Assembly (NCBI RefSeq): GCF_053078305.1
Contig: NZ_CP166875.1
Source of the DNA: a plasmid
Reading direction: 5' to 3' (one strand)
DNA: 64,000 bases
Positions 59,070-64,000 of the stretch are shown here, one piece after another. The position numbers were made by a program, and so were the translations under genes. Numbering within the stretch: the first letter of the stretch is position 1; each line of letters opens with the position of its first letter. Below the pieces are notes generated by a model. The model was not told the origin of the DNA, did no database searches, and worked only from the letters and a program-made list of their open reading frames with translations.

Positions 59070-59746
59070 CAGTGGCTGCTCCCTTTTATTTCGCGGATAA
59101 GTGTCTGTAATAACGCCGGCGTCAGTTTACCTTTAAGCCTGAGAGTTCCGGCCGGCAGAACCAGCTCACAACACAGACTGTCGGACGGTGTATTTATCTG
59201 CTCTGGTTCCTGTGCGGGGGCCGGGATTTTATTATCCGGCTCCGGCGTTAACGTCACGGGAAGCAGTGCCGGCATATTTTTTCCGGAAGGCAGCAGGCCA
59301 CCTTTCCGGTATTGATGGCGCCAGTTGAAGAGCAGGTTATCGTTGATTCCGTTTTCCCGGGCGATCTGCGCCACACAGGCTCCGGGCTGCAGTGACTGCT
59401 CCACTAAGGCGATTTTAAACTCATAAGGGAAGTTGGGCCGCCGGGGACGTTTTTTTACCACGGGGGCTTCGGATATAACGGTGCTTTCAGGACGTACGAC
59501 TGGTACCGTGGAAAATTGTCCGTAAAGGCAGGCATCAAGTTCCTGCTCCGACATGCCTGCGGGCAAAGGCCACGAAAGGCCAGCTCTCCGAAAGCGCACG
59601 AACATACTACAAACTGTTGATTTTGGTACACCCAGGCGACGCCCGGCCACAACCCGGGGTAAATGTTCTTCAAAGTGAAGACGTAAAGCTTCAGTGATCC
59701 AGGTCCGGTGTTTCATACGATAGTGTCCATTAAAAATGATGGACAT
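59069..59746 (-). CDS. IS66-family orf1 (HTH transposase accessory protein); true start may be 59716
   Basis: C-terminal half FPYEFKIALVEQSLQPGACVAQIARENGINDNLLFNWRHQYR typical of IS66 orf1; stop overlaps tnpB start. Confidence 0.6.
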   Translation of the reverse strand: MSIIFNGHYRMKHRTWITEALRLHFEEHLPRVVAGRRLGVPKSTVCSMFVRFRRAGLSWPLPAGMSEQELDACLYGQFSTVPVVRPESTVISEAPVVKKRPRRPNFPYEFKIALVEQSLQPGACVAQIARENGINDNLLFNWRHQYRKGGLLPSGKNMPALLPVTLTPEPDNKIPAPAQEPEQINTPSDSLCCELVLPAGTLRLKGKLTPALLQTLIREIKGSSH

Positions 59747-59798
59747 TATTTTTGTAGAGCCGGAGGAAACAGACCAGACGGTTTAAATGAGCCGGTTA

Positions 59799-59964
59799 CA
59801 AACAAATTCGCTTCATAAATTTCATAGTGCAGACCACATCCCCAATGAGCCTGCTTTTCCAGCCTGCTGATCACCACATCAGCCCGGATAACATCAAAGG
59901 GATTGCGGGAATGAATATTACGAATAAAGCCATCGGTACGTGCTGCTGACATATTTCTGCCCAT
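59799..59964 (-). pseudogene. 3'-truncated ORF interrupted by the IS66-family element
   Basis: SD AGAGGTG before ATG 59964; reading frame runs into the IS terminus; directly downstream of hairpin element A3. Confidence 0.3.
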
Positions 59965-60049
59965 CTTTAATACACCTCTGTTTTTTGCCCCCATCATCTG
60001 TTGAGTTTCGGGAGCCGCGGTTTTGACGTTTTGCGGGGACCTGCCTTTT

Positions 60050-60420
60050 GTTCCCTCCGGTATTCACCATCACCTGTTTGAGAACCTTCGCCGCAAGGGG
60101 CATCACTGCCACGGCCGGAAACGACTGTCCGGGGGCAGACCGCAAAAGTTTTTGCCTGCTTTTGGGCAAAAAGTTTTGCGGGATGTGCATTTCACCCCTG
60201 GACTGGCGGAGACGGTTGTGGCTGTCTTTGCCCCCGGCGACAGGGGCTTAAACAGGTGTATGGCACCGGACACAACAACGGGCAGGGACCCGCCGCAACG
60301 ACGAAGAGCGCGTGCGCGAAACGGCGTTGCCCCTTACATCCCGGCGGCCTTTTGCCGGGATGCCAGGAGCGCAGGCCACGGCGCGACAGAGGCGGCGCGA
60401 CCGGAACGGTCGCTGCAAGC
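60050..60420 (-). promoter_or_regulatory. repeated hairpin element, family A copy 3
   Basis: Shares the CAAAAGTTTTTG hairpin and the 60-bp block CGCAGG(T/C)CACGGCGCGACAGAGGCGGCGCGACCGGAACGGTCGCTGCAAGCC with copy 2. Confidence 0.4.
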
Positions 60421-60856
60421 CCGGGGTTTCGCGTCAGGGATGGAAGCCCGCCAGGGCGGAGACAGCTTCGCTGGCTCCGTTCACGACAGCCCGCCCCGCC
60501 TGGGGGACGCCCGGAAAAGGCATAAGCAGGAGAACAACAAAACAGACAATAATCAGGGCAGCAGTAATCAGAGTCAGAACAGGAGGAAAAAGAGAATAAT
60601 CAAAGGGAAGGTGATGTGATTTCCGACAGGTCATAAACAGAGAAGGCGGGGGAAAAGAACGGGCGCCGCAGGCGCGCGTTCATCCCCGTTCCCGGAGGGA
60701 ATCGGCCTTCCTGGCAGTCTGGTTGTTCATGCTGCTGCAATGTCAGCAAGGAGAAAGGGGCCACCGGCGAACCAGCAGCCCCTTTATAAAGGCGCTTCAG
60801 TGCAGTCAGACCAGCATCAGCCCTGAAAAGGCGGGCCTGCGCCCGCCTCCAGGTTG

Positions 60857-61015
60857 CTACTTACCGGATTCGTAAGCCATGAAAGCCGCCACCTCCCTGT
60901 ATCCGTCTCTGTAACGAATCTCGCACAGCGATTTTCGTGTCAGATAAGTAAATATCAACAGTGTGAGACACACAATCAACACACACCAGACAAGAGAGCT
61001 GCGTGGTAGTTTCAT
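60857..61015 (-). CDS. hok: Hok/Gef-family type I toxin
   Basis: Encodes [52 protein letters not shown]. Confidence 0.8.
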
Positions 61016-61072
61016 GGCCTTCTTCTCCTTGCGCAAAGCGCGGTAAGAGGCTATCCTGATGTTGTCAGACAT
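60857..61072 (-). CDS. mok-like overlapping leader frame
   Basis: In-frame upstream extension ([19 protein letters not shown]-) of hok, as in hok/mok/sok loci. Confidence 0.4.
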
Positions 61073-61289
61073 ATGGGATGCCTCGTGGGTTAATGAAAAA
61101 TTAACTACGGGGCTATCTTCTTTCTGCCACACAACACGGTAACAAACCACCTTCACGTCATGAGGCAGAAAGCCTCAAGCGCCGGGCACATCATAGCCCA
61201 TATACCTGCACGCTGACCACACTCACTTTTCCTGAAAATAACCCGCTCATTCAGGCTGTTTACGGGTAATCTGTGTGATTGTTGCCGCA

Positions 61290-62009
61290 TCACGCCGCCT
61301 CCCGGAGTTTGTTCGGCACCATCCACCGCTCCATCTCACGGACAGCGTGACCCGCCTCCCTTGCTGCCATACCTGCCTCTGCGATGACCTGCCAGAATGG
61401 CATATCCTGCCACTGCCAGCGTTCCATCCCGGCCAGTGACGGAAAACGCTCACCCCACTGCCAGAACAGGGTTTCCAGGTCATGCTCTGCCACCCGGTCA
61501 CTCCAGCGTGCATACCAGCTTCCGACTGTTTCCGGTGAATGGAACGCCAGTTCGATTTCAGCCTGAGCGACCAGCGTCTGGTACGCACGGGCTTTCTGCT
61601 CTGCCTCCCGTGCCTGCTGGCGGCTGTACTTCTGCATGACCAGCACGGATTTATGGCGACTGCGTTCCCTGACACGGAACCGCACCGACGGGAACAACCG
61701 CTCTGCTGCATCACCGGGAAGGGGAAGGAGGCAGACCTCGCCCTGTGTTTCAATCAGCACATCGACGGCATACAGCCACTGAGAACGGTTGCCGCGCAGT
61801 TCTTCTGCGGTCAGGGACGGCATGAAAAATCGCAGGTCAGACAGCGAAATCCTGCGGCTTCCGTTCAGACAGCGGAAAAACGCCCCCGCATACGGATATT
61901 CCGCCAGCGTGTTACCCTGGTGGCGGCGTTTTTCTGTCTCCGCCACCGCCCGCCATGCGGCCTGTTGCTCTGTGCTGAGAGGAACCAGTGCCTGTGAACG
62001 TGCGCTCAT
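61290..62009 (-). CDS. psiA: plasmid SOS-inhibition protein PsiA
   Basis: 239 aa starting [22 protein letters not shown]; coupled downstream of psiB. Confidence 0.8.
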   Translation of the reverse strand: MSARSQALVPLSTEQQAAWRAVAETEKRRHQGNTLAEYPYAGAFFRCLNGSRRISLSDLRFFMPSLTAEELRGNRSQWLYAVDVLIETQGEVCLLPLPGDAAERLFPSVRFRVRERSRHKSVLVMQKYSRQQAREAEQKARAYQTLVAQAEIELAFHSPETVGSWYARWSDRVAEHDLETLFWQWGERFPSLAGMERWQWQDMPFWQVIAEAGMAAREAGHAVREMERWMVPNKLREAA

Positions 62010-62440
62010 GCCTGACCTCCTTCCGCCATCAGGATATGGATGATGTCACTGACGCTGTATCCCTGTTCATCCAGTGATGCCGCCAGTGCCAGTGAATGGC
62101 TGACAGCTTCCGGTGCAAACCGCCGCTGCACCTGAACCACCGCAAACGGCTCACCACCGGCATTCACCAGAACCAGCACCCAGACCTGAGAGACATCGCC
62201 CGGTGAACATAACGCCAGGTGAAAACGTTCGTGGGCAGGCGTGAAACGGACCTGGACGGGGAAAAAGCCGCCGAACTCGCTGCCGTACTCGCCATTCATC
62301 GTCCAGTTGTCCGGCGCATCCAGTTCCCGCATCACGGCGTGTGTCAGCTCACGGCGTTCATCACTTCCGGCAGCCCGGATATCTTCATATTCCTGTGCGC
62401 TCATGGTCTGTAATACATTCAGGGTCAGTTCAGTTTTCAT
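62006..62440 (-). CDS. psiB: plasmid SOS-inhibition protein PsiB
   Basis: [41 protein letters not shown]... recognised as PsiB. Confidence 0.9.
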   Translation of the reverse strand: MKTELTLNVLQTMSAQEYEDIRAAGSDERRELTHAVMRELDAPDNWTMNGEYGSEFGGFFPVQVRFTPAHERFHLALCSPGDVSQVWVLVLVNAGGEPFAVVQVQRRFAPEAVSHSLALAASLDEQGYSVSDIIHILMAEGGQA

Positions 62441-62494
62441 CACGGTATCTCCCTTGCTGCCGCCCCGTCTCCGGCGGGGCGGTGTGGTTGTTCA

Positions 62495-64000
62495 TCAGGC
62501 GGCATCAGCCAGGTTATCGGCGCGTTCAGTGGCATCCGTCTGTGGACGTGGTGAACCCATCCAGCCAGGCACCCAGCGGTTGTCTTTCATGTGGAACTCT
62601 GCATGTTCAGCGGCATCGCCTTTCTTCATCTTCTCCGCGTCCCGTGCGGCACCGGACAGTCCGGCATCATTCAGGGCATCGATAATCTGCGGCTTTTTCA
62701 GGTGACCGAAGAAGTTTGCTTTTGTCGGCTGCCACCAGTCACGCATGTGAAAGCCGATGGCGCTCTCCAGCGAGTCCAGCGGACTGCGTGACGTGTGACC
62801 ATACTCGCGGGTCTGAACGCCGTGGATGCTGCACGCGGTGCAGAAACTGAGCAGTGATAACAGCACGTCCTGGCTGAGTGACAGGAACGTCGTCATGTCC
62901 CGTGCCCATCCCTCCGGTAACAGGGCAGCAAGACGGGCTTTTTCTGCCATCATCGCCATGAATGCGGCACCGTCCTTCCCCGATGGCGCATCGCTGGTCA
63001 GCGAATAATGTTTACATTCCAGGCTGATTTGTGCTGGTTTACTGTACGCTCCGCTGCCAAACACATTCAGGCAGAGCGTCCATGCCAGCAGTGCCAGAGA
63101 TTTGTCCGGTTGCTGCATGAGTGCCGCCTGGACTGCCAGCGTGCGTTCGGAAGACATTTTCGTCAGCAGTGGCAGACTGATTTCCTCCACTGACGCTTTC
63201 TCCTGCACCTGTTCCGTGCGGTCAGCGTCGTCAGTCACGTCATCTTCACTGCGCAACTGCACACCACGCTGGACACACACATTACCGTAACGCCAGGACA
63301 CCACCACGCCACTTCCGGCACGCATCTCCGGCGTCCACGCCCTGACCTTCGCCATGCAGTCAATCAGCTTCATTTCTGCTGCCAGCAGGTCAGATTCCTC
63401 ACACTGGTTTTCCAGCGCGTCGTAACGCATCATCAGTTCGTTCAGGCGTTCTTCTTCTGCCTCCGTCAGCACCGCTTCCGGCTCCGGCAGGTTGCGGTAT
63501 GCCCGGGAATCTTCACGGCACTCACCGACAGGCTCCATGCGTCCGGCGCACCATTCCCAGCCTTCGGCTTCCCGAAGGTGTTCAGCGACAGCCTGGAGTT
63601 TTTCCAGCAGGGCGGCATCGAGCGCCACGCAGTCCACATAGCCACCCTCGTCATCGCTGAACAAATCAGTACGCAGTTCGTCAGGTGAGAAAGCATCAGC
63701 CCCCACGAAGCGGAATTTAGTGTTGTCCTTCACCGCCACTTCACTTTCCGTAATCAGATTGCGGATAACCCGCACATCCGGTTTACCGCCCCATCCTGAC
63801 TGGCAGGCCGCTTCAAACACCTGCACCTGACGCGCGGTGTCGTTCTCCAGCGCCAGCGCCTGACAGTGCTCGGTGGTGATGCGGTCTTCTGCCAGCGCAT
63901 CGAGGATGACAGGCGCAAGGTCTGCCAGTTTCAGCATTCGCTGAACGTGGCGGGGCGAATAACCCAGCAAATCACCGATTTGTGCAGGTGTTTTGCCTTC
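62495..64000 (-). CDS. ParB-like nuclease-domain protein of the leading region, 5'-truncated by window end
   Basis: Frame stays open to the window edge; N-terminal visible part has ParB-type HTH (IGDLLGYSPRHVQRMLKL). Confidence 0.55.
   Translation of the reverse strand, partial: EGKTPAQIGDLLGYSPRHVQRMLKLADLAPVILDALAEDRITTEHCQALALENDTARQVQVFEAACQSGWGGKPDVRVIRNLITESEVAVKDNTKFRFVGADAFSPDELRTDLFSDDEGGYVDCVALDAALLEKLQAVAEHLREAEGWEWCAGRMEPVGECREDSRAYRNLPEPEAVLTEAEEERLNELMMRYDALENQCEESDLLAAEMKLIDCMAKVRAWTPEMRAGSGVVVSWRYGNVCVQRGVQLRSEDDVTDDADRTEQVQEKASVEEISLPLLTKMSSERTLAVQAALMQQPDKSLALLAWTLCLNVFGSGAYSKPAQISLECKHYSLTSDAPSGKDGAAFMAMMAEKARLAALLPEGWARDMTTFLSLSQDVLLSLLSFCTACSIHGVQTREYGHTSRSPLDSLESAIGFHMRDWWQPTKANFFGHLKKPQIIDALNDAGLSGAARDAEKMKKGDAAEHAEFHMKDNRWVPGWMGSPRPQTDATERADNLADAA

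Larger units (their letters stand above)
58479..59798 (-). mobile_element. IS66-family element, truncated at the tnpC end by the Tn3-family insertion
   Basis: orf1, orf2 (TnpB) and the first ~75 codons of TnpC, abutting the transposon IR-R; terminus near 59798 (GTAACC...). Confidence 0.55.

Overview
The window reads as a conjugative plasmid-type backbone of the IncI complex (type IVB, Dot/Icm-related T4SS), with no rRNA, tRNA or CRISPR array seen. Positions 1-24991 (+ strand) carry a tightly packed tra operon: outer-membrane and lipoprotein genes, a DotB-like ATPase (traJ), a Sog-like primase with internal acidic repeats, traL-to-traY-like genes including a DotO-like ATPase (traU) and a DotA-like membrane protein (traY), and an excA-like gene. 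A cargo segment follows (24992-31750), much of it AT-rich: an HTH plus TnsA-like nuclease fusion, small ORFs, a nuc thermonuclease and two tandem DinQ/TisB-like toxin modules. Then come trbA-trbB-trbC (31751-36469), convergent nikB-nikA and a predicted oriT near 39.8 kb. From 39.9 kb to the window end lies a leading region transcribed on the minus strand: ardA, an orphan DNA methyltransferase, an Rpn nuclease, psiB-psiA, hok/mok, a ParB-like gene, a ParMRC-type partition module, and a FinO-like gene coupled to a UvrD-like helicase. Many uncharacterised leading-region ORFs sit directly behind repeated long-hairpin elements that resemble ssDNA promoters (Frpo/ssi-like); these are the best candidates for an undescribed anti-defence or establishment system. 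A Tn3-family transposon is nested in an IS66-family element at 54.6-59.8 kb. All calls come from reading the sequence and ORF translations by eye; gene names follow IncI1 (R64/ColIb-P9) conventions by architecture and gene order, not by measured identity.
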